A stretch of DNA of 64,000 bases from an uncultured Pelagibacteraceae bacterium (GTDB taxonomy: Bacteria; Pseudomonadota; Alphaproteobacteria; Pelagibacterales; Pelagibacteraceae), in NCBI GenBank assembly GCA_902582735.1, contig CACHTB010000001.1, positions 640 through 64,639 of the forward strand, given 5' to 3'. The notes under the pieces are model-generated. The model saw nothing but the letters and a program-made list of their open reading frames with translations, was not told the origin of the DNA and did not search any database. The position numbers and the translations under genes were made by a program. Positions 26,314-36,545 of the stretch are shown in pieces (position 1 is the stretch's first letter; each line of letters begins with the position of its first letter).

Positions 26314-26372
26314 TATTTCTTAACTTTTTAAATTATGTAAATGTTTACTCATCTTTTTTCAAATTTTTATTT

Positions 26373-26858
26373 TTAATCTCTAAAGTTAACAAAATCTATA
26401 GGAAGGCCAATATCTATTGCTTTTATTGCAGAAATTGCTTCCTGAAGATCGTCTTTCTTTTTTCCATCCACTCTTAGTTCTTCTCCTTGTATTTTTATTT
26501 GAATTTTGAGTTTCATTTTTTTTATATCAGCAATAATTTTTTTAGCATTTTCTTGACTAATTCCCTCTTTTAATTCACTTGTTTGTCTTATTGCTCCTCC
26601 AGATGCACCTTCAGTACTTTTAATATCAAATACTCTTGGATCTACTTTTCGCCTTATTAGATGAGTTTGTAATAATTCATTTACTTGCTTTAATTTGAGT
26701 TCATCTGGCGCAAGAGTGGTCACATTTTTTTCTTTTCTCTCTATTGTTATTTGAAGCCCTTTAAAATCATAACGATTTCCAATTTCTCTTAGACAATTAG
26801 CAAGAGCATTGTCAAACTCTTGATAGTTTATTTTACTTATCACATCAAATGAAGGCAT
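26373..26858 (-). CDS. yajQ: YajQ family nucleotide/c-di-GMP-binding protein
   Basis: MPSFDVIS, RYDFKG, GKKKDDLQ, C-terminal NFRD. Confidence 0.93.
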   Translation of the reverse strand: MPSFDVISKINYQEFDNALANCLREIGNRYDFKGLQITIERKEKNVTTLAPDELKLKQVNELLQTHLIRRKVDPRVFDIKSTEGASGGAIRQTSELKEGISQENAKKIIADIKKMKLKIQIKIQGEELRVDGKKKDDLQEAISAIKAIDIGLPIDFVNFRD

Positions 26859-26876
26859 ATTTAATATTTTTAAATT

Positions 26877-27065
26877 TTACTTTCTTTTAGCTCTAGTTTC
26901 TTCGTTTATTTGTCTTCCATATTCTCTGATTTGCATTCTCTCAATAGCCTCTGACTCTTTTGTCTTATCTTCAGCATTCTTTTTTCTAGAATAATATATT
27001 GGTAAAATAATTGATAATATTACTATAAATATAGCTAAAATAATTTGCCAAGTTTCCATGATCAT
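26877..27065 (-). CDS. Small single-pass membrane protein
   Basis: N-terminal TM helix followed by a charged tail. Confidence 0.55.
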   Translation of the reverse strand: MIMETWQIILAIFIVILSIILPIYYSRKKNAEDKTKESEAIERMQIREYGRQINEETRAKRK

Positions 27066-27100
27066 ATATTCTTACAATTATTTAAATAATCAATTTAAAA

Positions 27101-28267
27101 ATGCAAAAAACTAATTGGAATTATCCGACAACAATGTGGGTAGGCCAAGATAGAATTAAAGATCTTAGTGTTGCTTGTAAAAATTTAAATATAAATAAGC
27201 CTTTATTAGTAACTGATAAAGGTCTTGCTGGCTCAGATATTATTCAAAATAGTTTATCTAACTTAAAACAAAATAGTTTTGAGGTTATTTTATATTCAAA
27301 TGTAGTAGGAAACCCAACGGGCACAAATGTAAATCAAGGTGTTGAAATTTACAGAAAAAATAACTGTGATGGTGTCATTGCCTTTGGTGGAGGAAGTGGA
27401 CTTGATGTAGGCAAAGCTGTTGCTTTTATGTCAGGTCAAGATTTACCAATTTGGGATTTTGAAGATGTGGGAGATAATTGGACAAAAGCTAATTCAAATA
27501 GCATTGCACCAATTATTGCAGTTCCAACCACAGCAGGCACTGGATCAGAGACAGGAAGAGCATCAATTATTTTAAATGAAAATACTGGAATCAAAAAAAT
27601 AATTTTTCATCCTAAGTTTTTACCTTCCATAGCGATTTTAGATCCATTATTAACGATTAGTTTACCTCCAGATATAACCGCAGCAACTGGAATGGATGCT
27701 TTAGCCCATAACTTTGAAGCATATTGTGCTCCAGGTTATCATCCAATGGCAGATGGAATTGCGTTAGAAGGTATTAGAATAATTAATAACTGGCTCTTAG
27801 CTGCAGTTGAAGATGGATCAAATATTGAAGCTAGAATGAATATGTTGACTGCGGCAAGTATGGGAGCTACTGCATTTCAAAAAGGACTTGGCGCAATTCA
27901 CTCATTAAGTCATCCAGTGAATGCATTAAACAATATTCATCATGGATTATCTAATGCTATTTTTATGCCGTATGTTTTGACATTCAATAAAGATGTTATT
28001 GAAAAAAAAATTATAAAAATATGTGAATATTTGGAGTTTCAAAATAAAACGTTCGATGAATTTTTAAATTGGATATTAAATTTGAGGAAAAAACTTAATA
28101 TTCCTCACAAACTTTCAGATGTAATTGAATTAGAAAAAATTGATATTGATCGCCTATCAAAAATGGCTTTAGATGACCCGTCAACTAATGGAAACCCAAA
28201 AAAACTGTCATTAGAGGATATGAAGGTTATGTATGAATACAGTATTTCAGGAGAACTATTTAAATAA
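27101..28267 (+). CDS. Iron-containing alcohol dehydrogenase
   Basis: GGGSGLD, PTTAGTGSE, GMDALAH, HSLSH, HHG. Confidence 0.9.
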   Translation: MQKTNWNYPTTMWVGQDRIKDLSVACKNLNINKPLLVTDKGLAGSDIIQNSLSNLKQNSFEVILYSNVVGNPTGTNVNQGVEIYRKNNCDGVIAFGGGSGLDVGKAVAFMSGQDLPIWDFEDVGDNWTKANSNSIAPIIAVPTTAGTGSETGRASIILNENTGIKKIIFHPKFLPSIAILDPLLTISLPPDITAATGMDALAHNFEAYCAPGYHPMADGIALEGIRIINNWLLAAVEDGSNIEARMNMLTAASMGATAFQKGLGAIHSLSHPVNALNNIHHGLSNAIFMPYVLTFNKDVIEKKIIKICEYLEFQNKTFDEFLNWILNLRKKLNIPHKLSDVIELEKIDIDRLSKMALDDPSTNGNPKKLSLEDMKVMYEYSISGELFK

Positions 28268-28314
28268 TTAAGTTCTGAAATTTGTCTGCTTTTCAATTTT
28301 ATTATATTCATAAT

Positions 28315-29142
28315 TTAATAATTACTTTTTCGACTAGCACCTTTATAAAAAATTTCTTGAAGATTATAGTTTTCTTGTTTTTTAGTTTTTATGTCATCTT
28401 CATCTAATAATGATTTTGGTCTTCCTATTTTTTTATGAAATTTATATTTATCTTCTCCTCTTGCAAGCTGAACACTATTTTTTCCTATAACTTGTTTTAC
28501 ATTACTTCCTATGTAACTCTGTATAACAAAACCTATCCTTCTATCATCGCTCTTGTTTAATCCTGAGCCATGCACCGTTTTAGGATGATGTAGCGACATT
28601 TGTCCTGCAGACAGTATTAAGGCCTTTGTTTCCTGTTCAGGAACATTTTTTACTGTTTGACCTCTAGTTAAAAGATTTCCCTCATTAAATTTTTGATCAT
28701 GGTCTTTAAGGTTATCTTTATGAGATCCTGACCACATTCTCATACATCCATTCTGTTCATTTGAGTCTGTTATCGCAACCCACGCAGTAACCCAATTATA
28801 AGGCTCTAATCCAATATATTTTGCATCCTGATGATAACTTACAAATCCCTTTTCTTTTGGATTTTTTATAAATAACGTTGTTCCACAAACGAGAATATCT
28901 TTACCAATTAAGGATTGTACTGCATCTAATATTTTTGAATTATGAGTTACTTCATCAAGCAAAGGGGAGATAAGATGTGCATTGTATCTTCCTGCTTTTT
29001 CTAATTCTCCAGGCGATTTTTTTTCAATAGTTTCAATTTCATCTCTAATTTCTTTTGCTTTGTCTTTTGAAAAAATATCTATAGGTGAAACAAATCCCTC
29101 ATCCTTGTATTGTTGAAGTTGATTTGAGGAAAGATAAGTCAT
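28315..29142 (-). CDS. PhyH-like Fe(II)/2-oxoglutarate dioxygenase (likely start MTYLSS)
   Basis: YHQD, W.AI.D...NGC, HGSG.N.S..RR motifs. Confidence 0.85.
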   Translation of the reverse strand: MTYLSSNQLQQYKDEGFVSPIDIFSKDKAKEIRDEIETIEKKSPGELEKAGRYNAHLISPLLDEVTHNSKILDAVQSLIGKDILVCGTTLFIKNPKEKGFVSYHQDAKYIGLEPYNWVTAWVAITDSNEQNGCMRMWSGSHKDNLKDHDQKFNEGNLLTRGQTVKNVPEQETKALILSAGQMSLHHPKTVHGSGLNKSDDRRIGFVIQSYIGSNVKQVIGKNSVQLARGEDKYKFHKKIGRPKSLLDEDDIKTKKQENYNLQEIFYKGASRKSNY

Positions 29143-29152
29143 ACTATTTTGA

Positions 29153-29599
29153 ATGCCCGAAGTTATTAAAATTGGAATTACAGAAAAAAACAATCAAAAA
29201 ATTCAAGAGGTAAAGACAGTTAAAGTAATTGCAAATCAAGGCATAGTAGGGGATAGGCATTTCAAAGAATTTAACGACCCATTTAATCAATTATCTTTAA
29301 TAGAGTCTGAGAATATTGATTATTACAATATTAAATACGGTTTAAATATTCCATATATAGATTTTAGAAGAAATATAATTACCAAAGGAATTAAGCTGAA
29401 TGATTTGGTTGGAAAAAAACTAAAAATTGGATCTGTTGAAGTTGAGGGTATGGATTTATGTAGACCCTGCAGACATCTTAATGAATCATTAAATCAAGAT
29501 AATGTTTTAAAGGAATTTTTAAGAAGAGGTGGTCTTAGATGTCAGATTTTAACATCTTCCAGTATATATACTGGCGATAAAATTGAAGTTCTAGATTAA
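29153..29599 (+). CDS. MOSC-domain protein
   Basis: GIVGDR, FRRNI, CRPC, RGGLR. Confidence 0.85.
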   Translation: MPEVIKIGITEKNNQKIQEVKTVKVIANQGIVGDRHFKEFNDPFNQLSLIESENIDYYNIKYGLNIPYIDFRRNIITKGIKLNDLVGKKLKIGSVEVEGMDLCRPCRHLNESLNQDNVLKEFLRRGGLRCQILTSSSIYTGDKIEVLD

Positions 29600-29606
29600 T
29601 TGAATT

Positions 29607-30920
29607 TTATCCAAAAGTTTTTTGAGTTTCATTACTGCTTGAATTTTGATCTAGTGTTGCAGGTGCATCAGGATCCAACTCTAATCCTGCAGGAGTAATA
29701 GTTGCTGGTATTGGGGTAAAAGTTGAGTCTGGATTTTCAACAGCTTCTCTCACTCTCATTCTATAAATTCCGAATGCTCCGATTAAACTGTGAATTAATA
29801 TTAAAAAAACAAAAAAACCGTTTAAGCCAAACCAACCCATAAAGATAGAGCAAAGAATTGGACCACTGATTGCTCCAAATCCAAAAATTAATTGCAAACC
29901 ACCTCCTGCTGCAACAAATTTTGATTTTGGAACATAATCATTAGTATGCGCAAGGTTTAAAGAAAATAATGGAAGAGATAAACTTGTATATAATCCAACA
30001 GCTATAAAAAATATTATTTTTCTAAAGGCTAATTCATTCATGTAATAAATATTTTGTAATGGATCATTTGCGGTAAGAATTGATAAAAACGCTAAGGCAG
30101 AACTCCCAAAAGTTGTAACAACTATCACTGTTCTTCTATCATATTTATCAGATAAATATCCTATAGGTCCTTGACCAAGCACACCGGCTATTGTTGCAAT
30201 AAATAAAAGTACTGAAGTTTCCAAAAGAGATAATTTTGCAAGAGTTGCATAAACTGAAATTAAAGAAAAAAATGCAGCGTGTATTACACCAGTAAAAAAA
30301 GAACTAAAAGCCCCAAGAGGCGAAATTTTATATAATTCAGTTATACTTATTGTTTCTATTTTTTTGAATTTTGGGGCAGGTCTTTTTGTTAATAAAATTG
30401 GAACAAGTGCAATAGATAATAATACTGATACTAAAATAAATGGTTCGTAGTTTTGAGGTTCGCTGACATTTAGCAATAACATACCAATTGCCAAGCCAAA
30501 AAATAAAACCATCATGTAAGCTGAAAGTAATTGTCCTCTATTTTTATTTGTAGCTCTGTCATTTAGCCAACTTTCAGTTACCACATAACAGCTGACTAAA
30601 CTTATTCCAGTAACAAATCTACTTACTGTCCACATTATTGGATTAACATAAACAACAGCTAACAACGCACTTAAAGATGCAAGTGATGCAAAAGCTGCAA
30701 ATACTCTTATGTGTCCAACTTTTGATACAAAATTAGGAGTAGTTTTCGACCCAACAAAATAACCCACAAAGTATCCAGACATAAAGATACCGGTTGTTAA
30801 AACACTAAAACCCTCAAGAACTGATCTAATTCCCATCAATTGCATTTGCAATCCATGAGCAATCATCATTACCCCTATTCCCATAAAAAGAGCCCAGGAC
30901 TTTTTTACTTCTTTTTGCAT
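29607..30920 (-). CDS. MFS transporter (YcaD-like)
   Basis: VGHIRVFAA, ESWLN...RG, SDKYDRR; ~12 TM. Confidence 0.85.
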   Translation of the reverse strand: MQKEVKKSWALFMGIGVMMIAHGLQMQLMGIRSVLEGFSVLTTGIFMSGYFVGYFVGSKTTPNFVSKVGHIRVFAAFASLASLSALLAVVYVNPIMWTVSRFVTGISLVSCYVVTESWLNDRATNKNRGQLLSAYMMVLFFGLAIGMLLLNVSEPQNYEPFILVSVLLSIALVPILLTKRPAPKFKKIETISITELYKISPLGAFSSFFTGVIHAAFFSLISVYATLAKLSLLETSVLLFIATIAGVLGQGPIGYLSDKYDRRTVIVVTTFGSSALAFLSILTANDPLQNIYYMNELAFRKIIFFIAVGLYTSLSLPLFSLNLAHTNDYVPKSKFVAAGGGLQLIFGFGAISGPILCSIFMGWFGLNGFFVFLILIHSLIGAFGIYRMRVREAVENPDSTFTPIPATITPAGLELDPDAPATLDQNSSSNETQKTFG

Positions 30921-30951
30921 TTATATATTTACTGTCAGTTAAATCTGGCGG

Positions 30952-31827
30952 CTAAGTAGTTTTGGTTTGTGTTTTTTTTATGGCTAATAATGAATGAATT
31001 GCAATCGTAATTATGATTACAATCCCTCCTAATATAGTTTGAGTTGAGGGTTGTTCTTTAATGATTAGCCAGACCCATATTGGCCCAATAATCGTTTCTA
31101 AAAGAAAAAAAAGGTTTACTTCAGCTGCAGTAATAAATCGTGGGGCTATAGTGACTAAAACAAATGGTATGGCAACACACATAACACACATAATAGGTAT
31201 AAAAATCATATCTGTACCAACAAGCGCAAAGTCTTTAACGAAGAAAAAGGCAAATATAGCTACACATAATTTACCAATTACTGCAGAAGGGACTAAATCG
31301 GTAGATTTTGCATATCTTGCTAAATTAGCATTACAGGCTAATCCAAAAGCAGTAATTAAACCAAAAAGGTCACCGTAGAAATTACCAATACTTAATGAGT
31401 CGTAAAATATGTAAACACATGCTGTAAAGGTGATGATTATTGCAACCCAGGTTTTTTTTTCAGGTTTTTCTTTTAGAAATATTGCTCCTAATATCGCTGA
31501 AAGCATTGGGGCAAGCGCTATCATTAATAATGTATTTGCTACATTGGTATTTTGAATTGAGATTATAAAAGTAATATTACAAATCGAAAAACTAATTATA
31601 TAAAATAATCCTGGATAACCAATTTTAAACAAAGCATTAAAAAAATTTTTTTTGTAAAAAATTATAAGACCAAAAAGTACAACTAAAAAAGGAATTGCTC
31701 CTCTATAAAAAAGCATGCCCCAAGTTTCTATGTTAGATAATCTTATAAAAAGAGAATCTGGTGTTATAAACATAACACCAATAAAAGCCATTAAAGAGCC
31801 TTTTTGCTGATTTGTGAGATTTTTCAA
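30952..31827 (-). CDS. DMT/EamA family transporter
   Basis: ~10 TM, FLKEK and WLIIKE motifs. Confidence 0.82.
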   Translation of the reverse strand: MKNLTNQQKGSLMAFIGVMFITPDSLFIRLSNIETWGMLFYRGAIPFLVVLFGLIIFYKKNFFNALFKIGYPGLFYIISFSICNITFIISIQNTNVANTLLMIALAPMLSAILGAIFLKEKPEKKTWVAIIITFTACVYIFYDSLSIGNFYGDLFGLITAFGLACNANLARYAKSTDLVPSAVIGKLCVAIFAFFFVKDFALVGTDMIFIPIMCVMCVAIPFVLVTIAPRFITAAEVNLFFLLETIIGPIWVWLIIKEQPSTQTILGGIVIIITIAIHSLLAIKKTQTKTT

Positions 31828-32753
31828 GCTTTCAAACCTTTCCAGAAATAATCTGCAAGGTTTATATTTGATAAATCAAAAAAAGTTTTTAAGCCTGTAG
31901 GCGAGGTAACGTTTATATCTCCATTTAATTTTTCATCAATAAAATCAATTCCTGCAAAATATATGTCCTCTTTTATTAGGTCTTTAGCAATTATTTTTGA
32001 AATTTTTATTTCTTTTTTTGTTAATTTAATCAATTTTGGTTTCGCGCCTTTGCTCATATTACTTAAAATTGATCCCTCTTTGGGTACTCTTGAAATACAC
32101 CCACAAATCTTACCATTGATTATAAAAACTCTTTTATCTCCAAATTTTATTTTTGGTAAAAATTTTTGACACATTATGTGTCCATGTTTTTTAACAAATT
32201 TTGAAATTAGTTTTTTATGTAATTTGTTATTTACATAAATAATATCATTACCACTGTAACTATGAATTGGTTTAAGTATTATTTTTTTATATTTTTTATA
32301 AAAATGTAAAATATCTTCTACTTTTTTTGTAAATATTGTATCAGGCATAAAATTAATAAATTTCATTGAGTATAATTTTTCTGAAACATTTCTTATAGAA
32401 GTAGGATTATTAATAACTCTAACTTTATTTTTAATAGTATCTAAAATGTAGGTTGTAGATATATATTCAAGATTGAATGGTGGGTCTTGACGAACTAAAA
32501 TAAATTTTACTTTGGATAAATTAATATGTTTTTTTTTAATTATTTTAAAAAATTTTCTTTTAGAGTAATCAATTTTAATAAAACTTCCATTTGCAAAAAC
32601 TTTTTTATTTTTAATTGATAGATTTTCTGGCTCATAATAAAAGATTTTATAGCCTTTATTTTCGCCACTTTTTGCAAGAAATATACTAGTATCTGTTAAT
32701 GGATTTAAGTTATTTAAGTTATTACCTTGAACAGCAATAATTTTATTGGTCAT
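31824..32753 (-). CDS. gshB: Glutathione synthetase
   Basis: RQDPPF, RNVSEK, GDKRV, INVTSPTG. Confidence 0.92.
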   Translation of the reverse strand: MTNKIIAVQGNNLNNLNPLTDTSIFLAKSGENKGYKIFYYEPENLSIKNKKVFANGSFIKIDYSKRKFFKIIKKKHINLSKVKFILVRQDPPFNLEYISTTYILDTIKNKVRVINNPTSIRNVSEKLYSMKFINFMPDTIFTKKVEDILHFYKKYKKIILKPIHSYSGNDIIYVNNKLHKKLISKFVKKHGHIMCQKFLPKIKFGDKRVFIINGKICGCISRVPKEGSILSNMSKGAKPKLIKLTKKEIKISKIIAKDLIKEDIYFAGIDFIDEKLNGDINVTSPTGLKTFFDLSNINLADYFWKGLKA

Positions 32754-34038
32754 ATAAGTTTGCTAAATTTTCATCTTTAGAAAATTTATACAACATATGA
32801 TCTGCATTTGTTTTTTTATTTTCAATAATTCTAAATAAATGATCTATAAATTTTTCCTCGTTCAAACCTTTCTTGTTAAGTATATTTCTGTTAGTTAGTC
32901 CTTTTTTAGAAATATTTAATATTACTGAGGACCAATACAATAAATCTTTGTCCATCAGAGGAGTAGATAGTCCTTTTTTTGGGGCATTGCTGTAAGCCTC
33001 TAGAACCTCATTTATATCCCATTTCTTCACAACGTCTAAAGCTTCATCTAAATTTCCATAAAGCAGTCCTGTATTGAAAGCAGGACCAGAGCATAAACAA
33101 TCCCATCCACAAGCATCCATAGATCTTAATTCTATATATTTTTTTAACCTATTTTCTGTAAATATGGTTCCAAGATGCGTACTCAATTCTGCCTCTGTTG
33201 GTTGTAAATTTTTAATCTCATTTATTTTTCCATCCATGAAGTCCTTAAATATATATTTTTTTCCTGAAATATATTTTCCTTCAGATTGGACAAATAATAA
33301 TGGCATACCCATAATAAATTCGGCATAATTTTCAAAATTTACTTTTTCTAAAAAAAATTTAGGAAGACCACCACGTGATGTTTGTTGCCAAACATGTGAT
33401 CTGTATGAAAAGTAATTACTATTTTTTTTTTCAATAATTGATGAATTTGCAAATAAAGCAATATTAATTGGTACTAAATAATTTGCTAACCTAAACTTTT
33501 TTGAAAAATCTTCCTCAGAAGTATAATCAATATTTAATTGTGTGCCGCATGTTCTATACATCATGTCTAAACTTAATGCTCCCCCTTCAGGCATGTCTTT
33601 AGTCATGACTTCGTATCTTTGTTTTGGATTGTTTGGTATTTCTGAAAGTTTGGATATTGGATCAAATCCTGCGCTTATAATCCTAAAGTTGAGCTTTTCT
33701 AAAACTTGCTTTAACTCAAATAAATACTCATGTGACTCTGAACATGCTTCATGAATATTACTTAGTTTTGCTCCGGATAATTCAATTTGGTTTCCTGGCT
33801 CAAGTGTAATATTTTTGTCTTTTTTGCAAAGTCCAATTACTTTATCATTTTCCTTAACCGGCTTCCAACCAAACTCATAGAGATGGTCAAACATTTTTGT
33901 TATAGACGAATAATCAATTCTCTTGTTATCTTTTTTATTAAATATAAATTTTTCATGTTCAACACCAATTTTTAGATTTCCCTCTTCTTTGATGCCATCT
34001 TCAAAATATTTAATAATTTGATCTTTGTTATTAATCAT
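32743..34038 (-). CDS. gshA: Glutamate-cysteine ligase (alphaproteobacterial/plant type)
   Basis: IGVEHEK, TLEPG.QIELSG, ALFANS, RLKKYIELR. Confidence 0.92.
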   Translation of the reverse strand: MINNKDQIIKYFEDGIKEEGNLKIGVEHEKFIFNKKDNKRIDYSSITKMFDHLYEFGWKPVKENDKVIGLCKKDKNITLEPGNQIELSGAKLSNIHEACSESHEYLFELKQVLEKLNFRIISAGFDPISKLSEIPNNPKQRYEVMTKDMPEGGALSLDMMYRTCGTQLNIDYTSEEDFSKKFRLANYLVPINIALFANSSIIEKKNSNYFSYRSHVWQQTSRGGLPKFFLEKVNFENYAEFIMGMPLLFVQSEGKYISGKKYIFKDFMDGKINEIKNLQPTEAELSTHLGTIFTENRLKKYIELRSMDACGWDCLCSGPAFNTGLLYGNLDEALDVVKKWDINEVLEAYSNAPKKGLSTPLMDKDLLYWSSVILNISKKGLTNRNILNKKGLNEEKFIDHLFRIIENKKTNADHMLYKFSKDENLANLYDQ

Positions 34039-34039
34039 T

Positions 34040-35977
34040 CTAATTTTTTATACCTTTTAAATAATCATTTATCTCATTAATACTAGATATTTTCTTTGAA
34101 CATGTTTGATTTTTACAAATTACAACACCTGAATCAGTGTTATTTTCAGTGATGTATATAAATATAGCTCTATCAAAATAGTTTTTTAATAAATAATTTT
34201 GTATCTCTTTGTTATCGCCATAAAATGTAAATGAAATAGTTTCGTGATACATATCTAAAGCTTTAACAAAGCTAAACATTTGAGAAAAATTTGAGTTTAA
34301 AACTTGGTGAAATGATTGTTGAAGTATACGTGATTTTTCAGACCAGTGTTTTTCATTTGTTATGTAATATAATTTATTTATTTGGGTTAAATAAACACTA
34401 TTACCATTAGGTATATTATTATCATTTAAATCAACGGGACTAACGAAAAGATCATTTGCTTTGATAGGATTTTTTTGAAGTAGTTTTGATTTGTCATCAT
34501 AAAACATTCCCCATGCTTCAACCATGATTTTGGAAGCTTCATCTAAATATTCTTTTTTTCCCTCAATTTCGTACAAATTTAATAATAATTTTGAATAGAA
34601 AACATAATCTTCTAGAAAAACATCAATTTCTTCTGACTGATAGCAATGAAATATTTTGTCTGACATTTTCTCTTTAAGTATTTTGAACTTTTGAAAAGCA
34701 ATTTCTTTAATATTCTCATCTTCCAAAACAACAGATGCATTTAATAAAGCTGTAATTAAAAAGGCATTTTGATCTGTTTGAGACTTATCATCAAATAATG
34801 GTTTAACTCTTTTGTTTCTAATTTGAATTAAATCATTCTCTGCTCTTGAAATTATTTCTTTTTCATTTTCATCAAAATCATTATTTTTCTCAACTAGAAT
34901 ATTTTTCCCCTCAAAATTACCTTCATTGGTTATTAAGTATTTTTTGGCAAATATATCTAAATTATTTTGTAAAATTTTGGTTAGTTCATCAAAAGACCAT
35001 ATATAATATTTTCCCTCCACACCTTCACTGTCAGCATCATATGCTGACCCATATAATCCAATATCATTTACAAATTCTGTATTTATATAGTTTATCGTTT
35101 GAATTAATTTTTTTTTAAAATAATCAGATTTTGTTCTCTGATAAAATTTTGACAAAAGACTTATAAACTGAATGTTATCATAGAGCATTTTTTCAAAATG
35201 AGGAATAATCCATTTATCATCAACTGTATATCTAGCTATGCCTCCTGCCAATTGATCGTAAATTCCTTTTGAACAAATATTTTTTAATAACGTCTCTACT
35301 GGTTTAAGATATTTTTCATCCTCTGTTTTCAAATAAAAATATAACATGGCATCATATAAATAAAATTGGGGAAATTTTGGAGCACCTTTGAAACTTCCAT
35401 ATTTTTCATCTAAATATGAAATAATTTTATCTACAAAAGGTAAAAGAGGTTGATTTAAAACTGAAGATCTTTGATTAATTTTAGAAAAAATATCCTGCAT
35501 TTGTGAAGCTTGAGCAATTATTTTTTCTCTATTATCCCTATAAACATCTGAAACATTTTTTAAAACTTTTCTAAAATCAGGTCTTCCTTGCATTTCTTTG
35601 GGAGGGAAATAGGTTCCTCCTGTAAAAGGAACACCATTTTCATCTAAAAACATTGAAAGAGGCCATCCTCCTTGTGTACCTGTTAGTATTGATAGGCTTC
35701 TCTGGAACACATAATCAAGATCTGGTCTTTCTTCTCTATCAACTTTAATATTTATAAATTTTTCATTCATTATTTTAGCCGTTTCCTCATCTTCAAAACT
35801 CTCATGAGCCATAACGTGGCACCAGTGACAACTGGCATAACCAACGCTTAGAAAAATTGGTTTTTTTTCATCTTTAGCTAATTTTAAGGTTTCATTTTTC
35901 CAGGGATACCAATCAACAGGATTATTTTCGTGTTGTTTTAGATAAGGACTTTTCTCAGAGGCAAGTCTATTAGTCAT
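34040..35977 (-). CDS. YyaL/SSP411 thioredoxin-domain protein
   Basis: [35 protein letters not shown]. Confidence 0.9.
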   Translation of the reverse strand: MTNRLASEKSPYLKQHENNPVDWYPWKNETLKLAKDEKKPIFLSVGYASCHWCHVMAHESFEDEETAKIMNEKFINIKVDREERPDLDYVFQRSLSILTGTQGGWPLSMFLDENGVPFTGGTYFPPKEMQGRPDFRKVLKNVSDVYRDNREKIIAQASQMQDIFSKINQRSSVLNQPLLPFVDKIISYLDEKYGSFKGAPKFPQFYLYDAMLYFYLKTEDEKYLKPVETLLKNICSKGIYDQLAGGIARYTVDDKWIIPHFEKMLYDNIQFISLLSKFYQRTKSDYFKKKLIQTINYINTEFVNDIGLYGSAYDADSEGVEGKYYIWSFDELTKILQNNLDIFAKKYLITNEGNFEGKNILVEKNNDFDENEKEIISRAENDLIQIRNKRVKPLFDDKSQTDQNAFLITALLNASVVLEDENIKEIAFQKFKILKEKMSDKIFHCYQSEEIDVFLEDYVFYSKLLLNLYEIEGKKEYLDEASKIMVEAWGMFYDDKSKLLQKNPIKANDLFVSPVDLNDNNIPNGNSVYLTQINKLYYITNEKHWSEKSRILQQSFHQVLNSNFSQMFSFVKALDMYHETISFTFYGDNKEIQNYLLKNYFDRAIFIYITENNTDSGVVICKNQTCSKKISSINEINDYLKGIKN

Positions 35978-35987
35978 ATTTAAGATT

Positions 35988-36545
35988 TTAGTGATGATAA
36001 AAAGGATCTCTTGAGAATATTTTCCTTACCATAGGTTCAAATTCTTTTAATGTCATTGACTTGTAATCTGGATCAAAAGAACATTGGTCGTAATTCTCGC
36101 AAAAATCAACAGTTGCTTGATAATACTTATGATCTTTATATCTTTCTCTAGCATTTTTATCTCCACCCAAATGCTCTGCTGAATAATAAGTTTGAAATAA
36201 ACCGTGTTTTTCAATTATCCAATGTGTTTTTTCAGATATATAAGGTCTTAATATTGATGCTGCATATTGCGAATGGTTCATTGGAGCTAACTCATCTCCA
36301 ATATCGTGCAATAAAGTTGCAACAACCATTTCCTCGCTCTCACCGTTTTTATATGCTCTAGTAGCTGATTGCAAAGAATGTTCTAATCTTGAAACTTTAT
36401 ATCCTTCAAGTGTGCTATCTAGTTTTGCAAGATAGTTTAAAATTCTATCAGCAGTTTTTCTTTCATATTCTTTTTCGTGTTTCTCTAAAAGAGCATAATC
36501 CTCTTTGGTTCCATGCTTCATTTCAGTAAAACTTACTTTTTTCAT
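35988..36545 (-). CDS. HD-domain protein (PhnZ-like diiron subfamily)
   Basis: [24 protein letters not shown]. Confidence 0.75.
   Translation of the reverse strand: MKKVSFTEMKHGTKEDYALLEKHEKEYERKTADRILNYLAKLDSTLEGYKVSRLEHSLQSATRAYKNGESEEMVVATLLHDIGDELAPMNHSQYAASILRPYISEKTHWIIEKHGLFQTYYSAEHLGGDKNARERYKDHKYYQATVDFCENYDQCSFDPDYKSMTLKEFEPMVRKIFSRDPFYHH

Noticed and set aside
26316-26343. dif-like 28-mer TTTCTTAACTT-TTTAAA-TTATGTAAATG
   Set aside because: Only the XerD-like half matches, the sequence is very AT-rich, it overlaps the likely promoter of the YdhR-like gene, and terminus position cannot be assessed from this window.
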